DNA of 64,000 nucleotides from Octopus sinensis (GCF_006345805.1 NC_042997.1:75826001-75890000); one strand, 5' to 3'; counted from the stretch's first letter, positions 13,845 through 27,280 are shown. The notes: generated from the sequence alone by a model not told the origin. Translations and numbers: made by a program.

Positions 13845-14225
13845 TATATTTGTTAAAGAGGACAACAAATGCTAAGGCGAGACAAATGTCTCAAGTCATA
13901 TACGTTATTATTATTAGAAAAATTTAAAGTCTCACAGCAGTTTCTGGGATATTTTCCCTATTTGTCTCTGATGACAGAATATCCCATATTTTGGGATATC
14001 CCAGAAACAGCTGTAAGACTTAAAATTTTTCTAATAACATATATGACTCTTGATGTTTGTCTCGCCATAGTGTTTGTTGTCCTCTTTAACAAATATATAT
14101 CCACTATATCGGAAATCTACATTAGTTCCATAACTCCTGTCTCAGCTATCAGCTTAGAGTCCTGGTAATCCATTACAGCACCTACCCAGTGTACCTAGTC
14201 ATTTAGATCACCTGTGAAACTTGAA
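13845..14225 (+). mobile_element. Solo Penelope-like pseudo-LTR with upstream inverted partial copy
   Basis: 13955-14215 is alignable by eye to the PLE 3' pLTR at 51905-52190; ~13850-13952 is an inverted copy of ~13995-14100. Confidence 0.75.
13964..14019 (+). ncRNA. Hammerhead ribozyme motif in PLE pLTR (stem II base decayed)
   Basis: gtct CTGATGA ...tatccca-tattt-tgggata... GAAA; palindromic stem III ACAGCTGT; A17; agac pairs with gtct. The basal stem II pairs are mismatched. Confidence 0.75.
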
Positions 14226-14357
14226 ATGGTTGTATTGTACTAATACTTGACATCCTGTTACTTATTTTCACTTTATTCACCTTACTTCAAGCTGTGCAGA
14301 TAATAATGGACTGACTTGGTACCTCAATCTAAGTACCTAATTCAACTAAATCTTATT

Positions 14358-14430
<73 letters not shown>

Positions 14431-14649
14431 AGGGTGAGAGGAAGATTGTTTGGAAGGGAGGGAGGGTGGGATGGAGGTATGTGGGTCTTCTGGTGCAGAA
14501 GTGAGTCAGAGCCCTGTGGGAGTTTTCGGTATAAAGGAAAATATTACCAGTATAATAGAAGGGACTACCAGTATAAGAGATTACTGGTATAAGAGAAGGG
14601 ATTTCCAGTACTGGTGGTGGGAAAGGGTGGGTGCATCATGGATAAGAAA

Positions 14650-15105
14650 TGGAAGAAATGGTTAGCTCTGCCCCAAGAAAATCAAAATAGCAGCAAAGTG
14701 CAATAGTTCACTATTGCAAAGAATGATAGAAACACATGAGAATTATGTCAACTATTTAAAGGGGTACAATTCTAGAAGTTATTAGAGCTTAGCGGCCGGC
14801 CATATTGCGTTATGATATGATGGTGTCAAATAGCAGAGCAAGATGAGAAGGTTTCAGAGAAACCATGTGTGAAGAGGGGTTTTATATAACCTACAGCCAA
14901 AAGTGGTCAAATATGTGGCTGGCTTTGCCACAAGAAAATCAAAATAGCAGCAAAGGACAATAGTGAAATGGAAGAAATGGCTAGATTCGCCAAAAGAAAA
15001 TCGAAATAGCAGCAAAGGGCAATAGTGATGCAAAGAATGATGGAAACACATGAGAATTATGTCAACTATTTAAGGGGGTACAATTCTAGAAGTTATTAGA
15101 GAAAG
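14650..15105. repeat. Unclassified repeat with internal duplications
   Basis: The block aagaaaatcaaaatagcagcaaag... occurs three times, and gaaacacatgagaattatgtcaactatttaa.ggggtacaattctagaagttattagag twice (~14730-14790 and ~15045-15100). Confidence 0.6.
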
Positions 15106-15403
15106 TAATGAATTACAGGTTATGAAGTTATTTTAACTCAAAAATGTTAGCATGTTAGTAATACATATTAAATGAATTGAAAGAATAATGAATGATTAAA
15201 AACTAGAGAAGTTTCTTAGCTTAGCGGCTGGACAAAAATTATCTAGAAGATACTATTTAATTCACTCCATAACGTTTACTACAAACTTTATGCATTGGCC
15301 TCAGATTTCATTTTCTTCTCACTCAGATCTAAGTAATCCTGTACCAAATCATTTTCACTTAGCTTCCTCCTGGCATTACTATAATTGAACTGAGTGAATT
15401 AAT

Positions 15404-15492
15404 GAGATACTGAAGACCATTCAATAATTTAGTGGGGATGAGGGTATCTTGTATTCCTACTTCAAATTTTTTGAGTGGGAAACAGTTATTTC
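15404..15492 (+). ncRNA. Decayed hammerhead motif with long stem II, H17 missing
   Basis: gagata CTGAAGA ccattcaataattt...aaattttttgagtgg GAAA, stem III AC-A-GT, then tatttc pairing with gagata with no unpaired cleavage nucleotide. Confidence 0.5.
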
Positions 15493-15654
15493 CTGGTTAC
15501 ACACATAAAATACAGGACTTGAGTTGCATAGCAACATTCTAAATTCTTTGTCAACTCCTCAAAAATGAATTTCTAAGCAAAATCACATACTGAAATATTA
15601 TATAAAATATTATAAAAAACTATAGCCAAACTAACGATAACGGTGGCGACGATG

Positions 15655-16905
15655 ACAACAATGACATCATCATCATCTTTTAACCCATGCTAGCATGGGT
15701 TGGACGATTTGACTGAGGACTGGCGAACCAGATGGCTGCACCAGGCTCCAATCTTGATTTGACAGAGTTTCTACAGCCCTTCCTAACGCCAACCACTCCT
15801 AGAGTGTAGTGGGTGCTTTTACATGCCACCAACACAAGAGCCAGTCAGATGGTACTGGCAATGGTCATGGAAAATCGTGTTTTTTTTTTACATGTCACCT
15901 GCAAGATGCTGGTAACGATCATGCTTGAATGGTGCTTTTTACGTGCCATTGGCACGAACGCCAGTTAGCCACTCTGGCAATGATCACGCTCAGATGGTGC
16001 TCTTAGTTCTCCACTAGCACAGATGCCAGTCATCGAATTTGATTTCGATTCCGATTTCACTTGCCTCAACAGGTCTTCGCAAGCAGTGTCCAATGAAGGA
16101 AAAGTACGCATAAGTGGGCTGGTTACACCCCTGGCTTAGGCCACAAGGTTATGGTCTCACTCGGCTTGCCAGGTCTTCTCAAGCACAGCATATTTCCAAA
16201 ATTCTCGGTCACTGGTCATTGCCTTGGTGAGGCCTAATGTTCGAAGGTCGTGCTTCACCACTTCATCCCAGGTCTTCCTCTTCCACAGGTTCCCTCAACC
16301 GCTAGGGTGTGGCACTTTTTCACACAGCTATCCTCATCCATTCTCACCACATGACCATACCAGCGCAGTCGTCTCTATTGTTCACTACATCTGATGCTTC
16401 TTAGGTCTATCTTTTCTTTTAAGGTACTTACACTCTGTCAAGTATGCACACTGAGATTACACATCCATCAGATCATACTGGCTTCATTCCTTGCAAGCTT
16501 ACACATGTCCTCAGCAGTTACAGCCCATGTTTCACTGCCATGTAGCATGGCTGTTCGTACACATGTGTCATACAGTCTATCTTTTACTCTGAATGAGAGG
16601 CCCTTTGTCACCAGTAGAGGTAAGAGCTCTCTGAACTTTGCCCAGGCTATTCTTATTCTAGCAGCTACACTTTCAGTGCACTCTCCCTGCTACTTACTTA
16701 GTCACCTAGGTAACGGATCCCTGGAATGTGGCGGAAGCTGTTCTTTGCCCATTTTCAGTGTTTATTGCTCCTGAGCATCTGCCACATACAAAAACTATCT
16801 TCCCAGTTAGCCTTCCTTTGATATTGCTGCACCTCTTATGTGTCCATAGCTTACACTGGGTACATCTTATGGAGTTTCTACCTAAGCCTTTTCTACACCT
16901 GTACA
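15655..16905 (-). mobile_element. 5'-truncated RTE LINE (family 1)
   Basis: PHD-like cluster (CRKGLGRNSIRCTQCKLWTHKRC...CGRC), RT C-terminus, and 3' UTR with (CAT)n tail at ~15665. Confidence 0.85.
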
Positions 16906-17754
16906 GTGAAAATGAAAGGGTCAGTTCTATTAACAGGAACACATAAATCAAATAGTGTAGGGAATAAGGCTGGAATTTAACAAATGGCAGACATTTAATA
17001 GGAGGTAAGGAATGTTGCATGCACATGACAGTTGTCTCAGCTTCTGTCTACCAAGTTCACTCATAATGTACTGGTTGACCCACATCTAGCAAGAATGTCA
17101 GCTGACAACTTTTATGCAGTGGGATCAATCCTAACTATGTGGTTCCAAAGTGAACTTATTACCTGCACAGCCATGCCTGCACCTAAAATAAACATTCACA
17201 GTTGATTTTTTTAATGAAAATCACACATACTGAGCATAACTAAAATCAAAACAAAATTGGCTGGGTGCAGAGTTTTTATAGTTGAAAGTTGAAAACCTGT
17301 AACAGGTTACAAAAAGTTTTCTTCGTGGAGTATTGTTCTAGCATTAGAATACTGCACCCAACACATATGCCAATATGAGACAGCATCCAAATCTTGGTAA
17401 CTAAGCATATGTTCACATTTCCAAACTACCAGTCCTATCTCCCTCTGTTATTATACTACAATGGGTTCTACTTTTCAGATCTTGATAACATTATATTTCC
17501 TTTCCTAAACTTCATTCACTCAATTGTCCTTTAAATAGTAAATAAGTATCTCACAGTACAAACACCTCTGTTAAATACTTTGTATTTCTGGGATTCTTTC
17601 TATGATCAAATTTTCTCTTCATCTACCATACAACAAATAAAATTAAGCAACTCAAGTCATTAAGTAATCTAGTCTAAAAAGGACTGCCCTATCTTCTCAA
17701 ATAAATAAATGAAATTATTATTTCATGAAAAGTAATGTGCTTATGTTGTCATTG

Positions 17755-20730
17755 GCATCATCATCATCATTTTACATCTGCATTCAATAAAGGCATGGGT
17801 CAGACGCTTTGTTATGATCTGAGTTACTACCTATTGGGAGCTACAGCTCCCAAAGACTAGGTACTCATGTCATTTGACTTGGTTTCAATGGCTGGATGCC
17901 TTTTCTAACACCAATCACTTTACAGAGTGTAGAAGATGCATTTTTTTGTGGTATCAACACTAGAGAGGTTAAATGGTCCTTAGTAAGACAAGATTGAGGA
18001 ACCTCATAACCTTACACTCTCTCTCCTCATTTAGCCAAACACTGTACAGTGGGAACAGTAGATGTGGCATGTACTTTGTATACAATAAATGTAAATTTGG
18101 AAAGGGAACAATGAGGACAGAAAATTCATGCATGGTTATTAGAGAAAAGGGGATAGAGATATAGGTGCAAACGTGGCTGCATGGTAAGAAGCTTGCTTCC
18201 AAACCACATGGTTCTGGGTTCAGTCCCACTGTGTGGTACCTTGGTTGAGTGTCTTTTACTATAGCTTCGGGCTGACCAAAGCCTTGTGAATGAATTTTGT
18301 AGATGGGAACTGTTGTGCGGATGTATATATATATATGTGTGTGTGTGCATGCATGTTTGTCTCTCCCCCCTCCATACTGCTTAACAACTGGTGTTTGTGT
18401 GTTTATGTCTCTGTAACTTAGCGTTTCAATAAAAGATGAAGATTGAGTACTCAATAAACTATGGTCATGTGTAGTTGTACAGGTGAATGAGGAGGGTAAT
18501 TGAAATGAATGAACAGAATGGGTGGGAGGAGGGTGGAAGAAACAAGAGTATGATAGAAAGAAAACAAGGACATGTAGGGGTAGTCGAGGAGAGGAGTGAT
18601 TGGCAAAAGCAGGTGCATAATGGGAGAGATGGGTATTAGATAAGAGTAAGCAGAGGTGGAGGGATGTGATAGACTTTAACAGAAGTGGACAAGTGGATAT
18701 ATTTATATATAGGTGACAGGCAAGAATATGCAAGGGTAGCAATAAGGCTGGTTTGCAGCAGATAGAACAGCTTAGTAAATGTACTGGATGAGGGGTAAGA
18801 TGATGACAGTGGCTTAATGCAATCTCCAGTACACAGGTCTGCTGAAGAGCAAATGGACAGAGTGATGAGGATGGCGCAGTCAACATAAGTAGTTGGGAGA
18901 TGAGATGAAAGATGGAAGGCTATAAATGATGAGATGGGTGAGAAGATAGGGTGAGCAATAAATATATGTAAGAGGTGGGGAATTAAGCATGTAAAGTGAA
19001 GTAGCAGCAAATGTAAGCCTGACAAAGTACAAGTATTGCCACTTCTAAACATTATCCTTGCATTAGAGTATGATCATTTGTCATCTCTAGGAGACGCATC
19101 TTCATGTAAGCCTTTCCCACTTCATTCCAAGCGTTTCTTAGTATCCTATTCTGTGGGTTCCACTAATTTGGAGTGCTTGGTACTGCCTTATACAGCAGTC
19201 ATCAAGTTTTTCTCTCAGCTAATTTGTACTTAAGCATTCATGTATATTAGCATTACGCAGTTAACAGAACATGCCTCATTTCTTTCTAGCCATTGCAAGT
19301 CCCTTGTATTCAAGGCTCACATCTCACTACTATGCAACATAGCAGTAGAAGGGAGATTGTATGATGCTTATGCATTGTACAGTCTAGTCTTCCCTTTTGA
19401 AACAAAAGGCCTTTGTTGTCAGAAGTGGCAGTAGCTCTCTAAATTTTCTTATACTTTTAGAGCAACCACCTTCCTGTTGTATCACTTAGGAAACAAAAGT
19501 TATCAGCTACTTTCAGTAAACCAACTGGATATTTAAGGAAGTTTATTTACAGTGTGCTCTTAGTGCATATTGATCCTGTGCATCTGCCACAGACAATGTA
19601 TGCATTTTCTGCTAATCTACCTGTGGTCCATAGTCTATTTGTAAATTAAGCAAAACCATTTCCCTTACAGTACCAAAGCCCTGTCTTCTTAGTCATTGTT
19701 AAACTTACTTTAAGGCTCCTAGATTCCTGGTTTTGCTTCCATGTCTGAAATTTCATCTCTAATTTTATTATAAATTCAACTTTAAGAACCAGATCATCGG
19801 TATATAGGAGTTACATTGAGAAGTCAGTCTTGAATTCCTCTGTGATAGCCTGTAGGACTATGGTGAATAGGAGTGAGCCTTGATGGATCCCTACCTTCAC
19901 ACCAAATTCATTGCTGAATCTATATTTGACTTTCACTTTACTTACTGCACCTTTGTATGCAGCTTGAATAGTGTCCAAGAGTCATTAAGCCATTTATGTA
20001 CACCTTGTTTCCTTACAGACCACCAGATTGCAGAGTGTGACACTGTCAAAGAATGCCAGATGCAACACTTAGCTAAGTATTTCTCCTGTAATTGTCTTAC
20101 CCAGAAGATTGCATCTGAGGTATCTCTTTGGGTGTGAAGCTGAACTGTATTTCATCTAACTAATTCCATCTCCGATGAATTGTGCTATTACTATCCCTGT
20201 GACTTTCATGAACCAATCCAGCAATTTGATACCTCTGTAATTTCCTCTTTATAGAGTGTCCTTTTTGTTTTTGTAGAAGTTTACAATGACACTGCTACAC
20301 CAGTCATCAGATATAATAGCTTCCTGTATTTTGTGATCAACAATGAAGTATCATATCTCATCATATATTTTGCACATTTCAGTGACTATCTAAGATAGGC
20401 AAGTAACTTACTCCACCTTCATATTCTTAATTGCTTTATTTGCTAGTGTCATTCCACTACCACATCATCTTTGATTTGGACCATGCACCAACCACACATC
20501 TGGTCTATGACCTTAAGTTATCTTGTTGGATCTCTCAGTTGTCATTTATGTTATAAGAATCTAATCCCTTCTGCATACAGTTATATGCATCACTATGAAG
20601 GGTTTTGGTATTTACAATGACCTATCTATCATTTCCATGTGAGAATGAAATCTCTCCAACTTGCATGCTTACCATGAGTGGTAGGTGATGAGAAGGCTGG
20701 CTGCAGTCAAAGATGTGTTGTCATGATTGC
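17755..20730 (-). mobile_element. Old, heavily decayed RTE LINE interrupted by a SINE
   Basis: Tail at ~17755-17960, purine-rich 3' UTR complement 18430-19000, RT remnants (ggatccctaccttcacacc; tacctctgtaatt) 19010-20730. Confidence 0.65.
18152..18430 (+). mobile_element. tRNA-derived SINE (family A), diverged copy
   Basis: Head gtggctgcatggtaagaagcttgcttccaaaccacatggttctgggttcagtccca; body matches the copies at 27795 and 53789. Confidence 0.8.
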
Positions 20731-20736
20731 TGATTC

Positions 20737-21754
20737 CTGGGACTGCATCAAGCTATCAACAGTCACAGTGTGTTGGTACAATGTCTTGTGAGTTGGAGCC
20801 ATGACATTGATTAAGTGGTAACTACTGAAATTATTAATAACTGCTATCAGCTGGTATTAAAAAACCTCTTTTAAGGTAAGAGATTGACACTTGGGTAAAT
20901 TGCGACAATGAAATCGGAACAGAGATACTCAGATTGTGAACATAGTCACAGAACAACAACAGGCTACAAATGTTGTTGGCAAAAACAAAGAAACACAAGC
21001 ACCTCAAGCAACAGTGTCTAGATATGATTTATGCAAAATAACGATTACTCACCGACTCAGTACACCTTATTTACATGAACCCAGCGTCTTCCTGTGAACT
21101 CATTGTGCATGTACATAAATGTATTTAAGGTTTCCTAGAATTTTTGTCTCCATATTATTGTTGTAACATGACATCATTAGTAACATATGAAATTTACAAC
21201 AATATCCAGTGTTTCCACATATTTGATTGAATGAAATAAAACCTCTGGGACTGCATCAAGCTATCAACAGTCACAGTGTGTTGGTACAATGTCTTGTGAG
21301 TTGGAGCCATGACATTGATTAAGTGGTAACTACTGAAATTATTAATAACTGCTATCAGCTGGTATTAAAAAACCTCTTTTAAGGTAAGAGATTGACACTT
21401 GGGTAAATTGCGACAATGAAATCGGAACAGAGATACTCAGATTGTGAACATAGTCACAGAACAACAACAGGCTACAAATGTTGTTGGCAAAAACAAAGAA
21501 ACACAAGCACCTCAAGCAACAGTGTCTAGATATGATTTATGCAAAATAACGATTACCCACCGACTCAGTACACCTTATTTACATGAACCCAGCGTCTTCC
21601 TGTGAACTCATTGTGCATGTACATAAATGTATTTAAGGTTTCCTAGAATTTTTGTCTCCATATTATTGTTGTAACATGACATCATTAGTAACATATGAAA
21701 TTTACAACAATATCCAGTGTTTCCACATATTTGATTGAATGAAATAAAACCTCT
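20737..21754. repeat. Head-to-tail tandem duplication, period 508 bp
   Basis: Copies start at 20737 and 21245. I saw one substitution (ttactcacc vs ttacccacc) and a CT microhomology at the junction. Confidence 0.95.
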
Positions 21755-23177
21755 CTGTTTGTAATTATGTTTGGTATGGTAACATTGATTTATTTTCATA
21801 TCAGTTATCTGATCAAAATATTCCCTGCCTGTCTGATTCAGATAATTGAGTTTGTACAGTATTGCAAATTGTTAGAACAGTTGCATCATAGAACTCCAGG
21901 AATACACACAAACATATACTTATAAGCATAGCATAATTATTTACCACTACTTTCAAGTTTTACATGTATGGTACATAGGGCAAGTGTCTGCTGTGTAAAC
22001 TTGGGCTGACCAATGCTTTGTGAATAAAATTGATAGAAGGAAATTATATGGAAACCCATCATGTACATACATGTATCTATATATACCAAAGAGGAAGTTT
22101 GTTCACAACAGGAAACCAAATATCTTAATTTATAAACTTAAAAACAGCTTGTAATAACTAGCTCTTTATGAAGAATTTAATGCTGTCATTTATTTTGCAT
22201 TTTGTGCAGAATTTAATTATGAAATTGACAATTAATAATTATTATTAATAAAATATATATGTAATGTATATATGTAAATAAATTATTAAAATTTTCTCCC
22301 TTAGATTATAGAATTCATAATTTTCTTCAAAACAATGTAAACAAAATAGCATGATTTAGGTAGTTTTAGATGGACAATGAAATTACAATTTAATGAAAAG
22401 AAATGATTTAAATCAAACAATATTGTTATATCTTCTTTTTAATGCACTTTTTATGTTTTCTCACAAATAATATAGCTTTCTCCAGTTCATATGGTTATCT
22501 ATTAAAATGAAGTTGTTAACTATCCAACAGAGTTTCTAAATTCTTTGGAACCTACAAATACAACTCCTATAATGCTTCAAAGTAATTTGGTTCAGCATAA
22601 GCTTTGCAAAAGTACCAGATTAATAATAAAAGCATTAGTCTGGTACCATTGCATTACAATCTCATGTCAAGCAGAAGACACTTTTATTTCTAGGATACCA
22701 TTTCAGTTAAAGCACTTAAAATTTTCAGTAAAAAAAATGTCTTGTCACATTGATCAACAAACTGCAGGGATAAACACTGAAAGTTGTTGACCCACAATTA
22801 CAAGAAGTTTGCATCACCCATGGTCAGCTGCATGTAAGTTGCTGTAGTATAGGAACAGTCTCCAATATCTATGTATACTTTCTTTTGGGGAAAATATGCA
22901 ATGTTGTGTATAAAGAATAGTAATCAAACAAAAATTTATTTGAAATTGAAATCTTTGTTTGATTACACATTTGGTAATTTCTCTCTTCACAGCTTTAGCT
23001 TACATAAAGCCAAGATCATGAAAATTGCAGTAATATCAGTGCTGAGCAGTGTTTAGGTATAAGTGAACTTTAGGTTAGTTAAGATATGTCTGTGCAAATC
23101 AATCAATATTGTTGACTGTATTTTAGTTAAAGCCATGGCTTTGATTAGGTCTGTACAGAGTTGCTTCTCTTTGGTAT

Positions 23178-23224
23178 TTCCCACTGATAAGGGCTAAAGA
23201 GCTGGAAACATTGATGTCTGGGAA
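23178..23224 (+). ncRNA. Hammerhead motif with G8-to-A core mutation
   Basis: ttccca CTGATAA gggc-taaaga-gctg GAAA; stem III ACAT-tg-ATGT; C17 (GUC site); tgggaa gives a 6-bp stem I. Confidence 0.55.
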
Positions 23225-23358
23225 TCTGACAGTTGACAAGAATGGAGAGATACAATGCTCTCATACCTTTTTACCATAAGAGAATTTTTCTCCATAGTAA
23301 CTGCAGTGAATTTTCCTCTAGCAGTGGAAATGTCATAAACATATTTTAACTAAGCTAA

Positions 23359-23394
<36 letters not shown>

Positions 23395-23468
23395 TTAGGT
23401 TAGTTAAAATATGTTTATGACATTTCCACTGCTAGAGGAAAATTCACTATATATATTATATATATATA

Positions 23469-23867
23469 CTCTTTTACTCTTTTACTTGTTTCAGTCACTT
23501 GACTGCGGCCATGCTGGAGCACCGCCTTTAATCGAGCAACTCGACCCCGGGACTTATTCTTTTGTAAGCCCAGTACTTATTGTATCGGTCTCTTTTGCCG
23601 AACCGCTAAGTAAGGGGGACATAAACACACCAGCATCGGTTGTCAAACAATGCTAGGGGGACAAACACAGACACACACGCATATATATATATATACATAT
23701 ATACGACGGGCTTCTTTCAGTTTCCGTCTACCAAATCCACTCACAAGGCTTTGGTCGGCCCGAGGCTATAGTAGAAGACACTTACCCAAGGTGCCACGCA
23801 GTGGGACTGAACCCGGAACCATGTGGCTGGTAAACAAGCTACTTACCACACAGCCACTCCTGTGCCT
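23469..23867 (-). mobile_element. tRNA-derived SINE (family A), full length
   Basis: Reverse complement of the family A head, internal (TA)/(TG) run, and the ...gaaacaagtaaaagagta tail. Confidence 0.92.
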
Positions 23868-23993
23868 ATATATATATATATAAACTTTAGGTTAGTTAAA
23901 ATATGTTTATGACATTTCCACTGCTAGAGGAAAATTCACTGCAGTTACTATGGAGAAAAATTATCGAGGCAATCAAAATATTTTGATTGCCTC

Positions 23994-24054
23994 AGTAACT
24001 GATGAGATGCCGGTGCAGGTTTCCGCCCCGACATCTGAAACTCAGAGTTTTATT
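23994..24054 (+). ncRNA. Hammerhead ribozyme motif preceded by a perfect 28-bp palindrome
   Basis: agtaa CTGATGA gatgccgg...ccgacatc t GAAA; stem III ACTC-A-GAGT; U17; ttatt pairs with agtaa. Palindrome gaggcaatcaaaat/attttgattgcctc at 23966-23993. Confidence 0.7.
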
Positions 24055-24134
24055 ATGACAACCGAATAATTGTCACATATTATATTACAGATAGATATAT
24101 ATATACACACACACACATACATACATATATACAT

Positions 24135-24900
24135 GCATCATTATCATCATCATTTTATGTCCATTTATCATACTGTCATGGGTATGATGATTTGACAGGA
24201 ATCAATGCATTGGAAGATCTATATCTTGCTCCAATGTATCATTTTTGGTATGGTTCCTATGTAAACAGAGTTTACAGGTGCATTTTTTCATGGTATTAGC
24301 AGAACAGAAGTTGCCTTGTCATTAGTATTACTAAAGGGCTCAAAGAAGCCCTGTGTTATTGTTGCTCAGATTGATTAACAATCACTTATAAAAGCGATCA
24401 ATGGAACAGGTATACTGTTGTGAGAAGATGGTAATGGAGAGGATAACAGAAGGAACAGACAAGGGAGAGGGGAAGGCGAAGGATAACTTTGGAAATAGTG
24501 TGACGGGGCCAGCAGATAGAGTGGTAATGGTGATGGGATGAGTCAGTCTGCTTGCATTCTAACATGGGTTGGCTGGTTCATCAGTGTCCAAGATAGTATT
24601 TATTGGAGTAACACAGGTTTATTGTTGAGAGAGGGTAATGGAGAAGAGGATAAAAGGAAGTAAACAGTAGAGTCAGGGGGTTAGTAAGAGAGGAAGGTGG
24701 GGAAGATGGAGTGGGTGATGAAGTGCTATCCTATATTACACAAAAGTGGGTAAAGTGGTGCATGGAGAGGAGATAATATGGTAATGAGGGACAACGGCTA
24801 TTCCTAAAGCACTCTCAGTGTATCTGTATCATATGATATAAAATTAAATTTTTTCATTCACTTTAACATGTGTTTTTCTCCATGTTGGCATAGGAGTAGA
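24135..24900 (-). mobile_element. 3' UTR remnant of the older RTE subfamily
   Basis: catcattatcatcatcat tail, diverged family-1 tail sequence and a purine-rich block. Confidence 0.55.
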
Positions 24901-25379
24901 TAGCATTTATTTTAAGTATGATTTCATGACTGGAGGCTCTTTGACCAACTCTTGCTTTTCAAGTAAGGGATATTTTTATTCCACAGGTCTTCAAAAGCAT
25001 AGAGTGACCAATTAGAATGTCAACAAAGAGTGTAAACTTCAGGACTGTTTATTTAAGTGGTGACAAATGTAGAACAGATAAACATTGATGCACATTTTTA
25101 TGTGTGCTATCACACACATAAAGATATGGTGGACTTCCTGAAGTATCCATCTACCAAATTCCTTCACAAGGCATTGGTTGGCTCAGAGTTATGGTAGAAG
25201 ACACTTGCAATAAGACTAAACATAAAACCATGTGGTTGTAAAGTGAACTTCGTACCACACAGACATGTCTGTGCCTATAACCACATACTATATCACTGTA
25301 TCAACTAAAGTATCTTTCTTAATTATGCTTTTGTTTTCCCTCTTGGTCAAATTGCTTAATTATTTTCCCATCATTGCAA

Positions 25380-26145
25380 AAGACTTCCAAGGTCTTTTTT
25401 CATGGGTCCACTTGTCTGTGAACCTTGCAACATGTCTGGCCTAACAAAACCTGTGCTTTCAGTATTCTATGATCCTGTCATTCACTCCACTTCATTTTCA
25501 AATTATTTCATTTTGGATATGCCCTTGCAATGATATTCCTATGATGGAACATTGTATTGTAGCCAATCAATGTTCTCCCCTCTTTGTAGTAGCCCATGTC
25601 TCACTTTTGTATAAGAGCACAGGTAGGATGGAGCTATTGAAGAGACTGGCATGTGGGGTTTTGGCCAGCTTTACTTTTGAGCATATCTGTTACTGAGGTA
25701 AGCACCTTCCATCCTACCCTTATTTTACATGAGATATTCACTGTGTACCCCACTGTGTACTCCTTTACCTTTTCTATTTCAATATTTCCCACCTCTATTT
25801 GGCTTTGGGCTACATTTTCAGATTGTAGTTCATTTTAAGACATATGGCCTAGTTCAGTCAGCATAGTCTGCAGCAGATCTGTAAATTGGAGATGTGTTAC
25901 TAGTTTGCCATTCATATTCATGTCTAGTCAATGTCTCTGATCATCATTTCTAGATATGCTGTGAAGTGCTTTAGAGAGATGGTATCTCCTTGTTTGATGA
26001 CCTCAGCTGGAACTATTACTGGTGGCAATAGCAGAGCTTATATCACTGGTGCCTCTAGAGCTTGCATCCCTGAGCAGCTCCTTGCATTTCCAGAGATTTC
26101 AGCTTTGCATTTGTTGACCACAAAAAAGCCTTTTCATACATGACA
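25380..26145 (-). mobile_element. Decayed RT C-terminal fragment of a second RTE family
   Basis: The reverse strand gives GISLQGHIQNEII...ARHVARFTDKWT, the typical RTE C-terminal motif, distinct from family 1. Confidence 0.55.
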
Positions 26146-26460
26146 AAAATGTTGTATAGAGGCATGCTATATATACATATATATTTCTTAAATAAGTTAA
26201 GCCTATTACATATATATATAATATATATAAGGATAAGATTGTTAATTTAAATAAAATATCGATCTTATCAAGTGGCCAGCATGGAAATAAAAACCTTCAA
26301 AGGTAATAATTATTATTAAAATTTTAATTTAGGGTATCTACGAGATACTGCCATGCTGAAAATAGCAGCCAAAATCTGACTAAAACCACATTAAATGTTC
26401 ATACACCACAAGGAGAGAAGACAAAAAGACAAAATAAAACTAGCAAAAAATTACTGGATA

Positions 26461-26519
26461 ATTCCAGATCCTGGATTTCTGGATTTGCATTAAGAAATGC
26501 TTTGCCTCATCAGTGGAAT
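26461..26519 (-). ncRNA. Hammerhead ribozyme motif, well preserved, sense to EDEM3 pre-mRNA
   Basis: Minus strand: attcca CTGATGA ggcaaagcatt-tctt-aatgcaaatcc a GAAA; stem III ATCC-A-GGAT; C17; tggaat gives a perfect 6-bp stem I. Confidence 0.8.
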
Positions 26520-27280
26520 ATATGCAGAAAGTAACATAAATACATATATATATATATACATATAACATATGAATACCTACATATACGAATGTATACATAC
26601 ATATATATGCACGTATGCAACACGACCAGTTTAAATTGCCTGCTTCATAACTCCTCATGCAAATTTTAATATATATATATATGTGTGTGTGTATATATAT
26701 ATATATTTTTTTTTTTTCTTAAATAAGTTAAATAAGTTTGATGATGGCTTAACAGAGTGAAACTTCAAAGTCACTGTCAACAACATTCTTGCTTAAAAAC
26801 AATAATTTGTACTCTACAATTAGATTAATGAAAAATTGTTTTTACTATAACTGAACATAAAAACAAACATTAATATCTGTAAAAGTGTGTGGCCTACTGG
26901 TCTGGATGTTGTACTTATGATTGCTAGATCATAGGTTCAGTTCTGGGACTGAGTGGTGTGTTGTTCTTCATTAAAACACTTCATTTCATGTGCTCTGCAA
27001 TCATTCCAACATTTGATGTGCAGTACACTTGTGCACCTGCACTGCTAATGTTCATTTGATGGAGGGAGTGAGCTAATGTACAGCACATACATTTGATCAC
27101 CATAAACAAATCATTTGTGTAGGCCATTCAGTAAAAACTAAACACTCATATGGTGTCTTTGATATATATATATGTCTATATATATAATAATTATTATTTG
27201 AGGGAATAAAATCCAAACTTACAAGGAAAAAAGTTCAATTTAGAAATACTAAATCAAATTTCACACAATATAATATATAT

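Noticed and set aside
15200-15250. Helitron 3' end (…ttatCTAG)
   Set aside because: No convincing GC-rich subterminal hairpin or matching 5' TC end.
23650-23883. Recurrent ORFs of the type MLGGQTQTH...RRASFSFRLPNPLTRLWSARG (also 27717, 53218, 53669, 56965)
   Set aside because: Antisense translations of family A SINEs, not a gene family.
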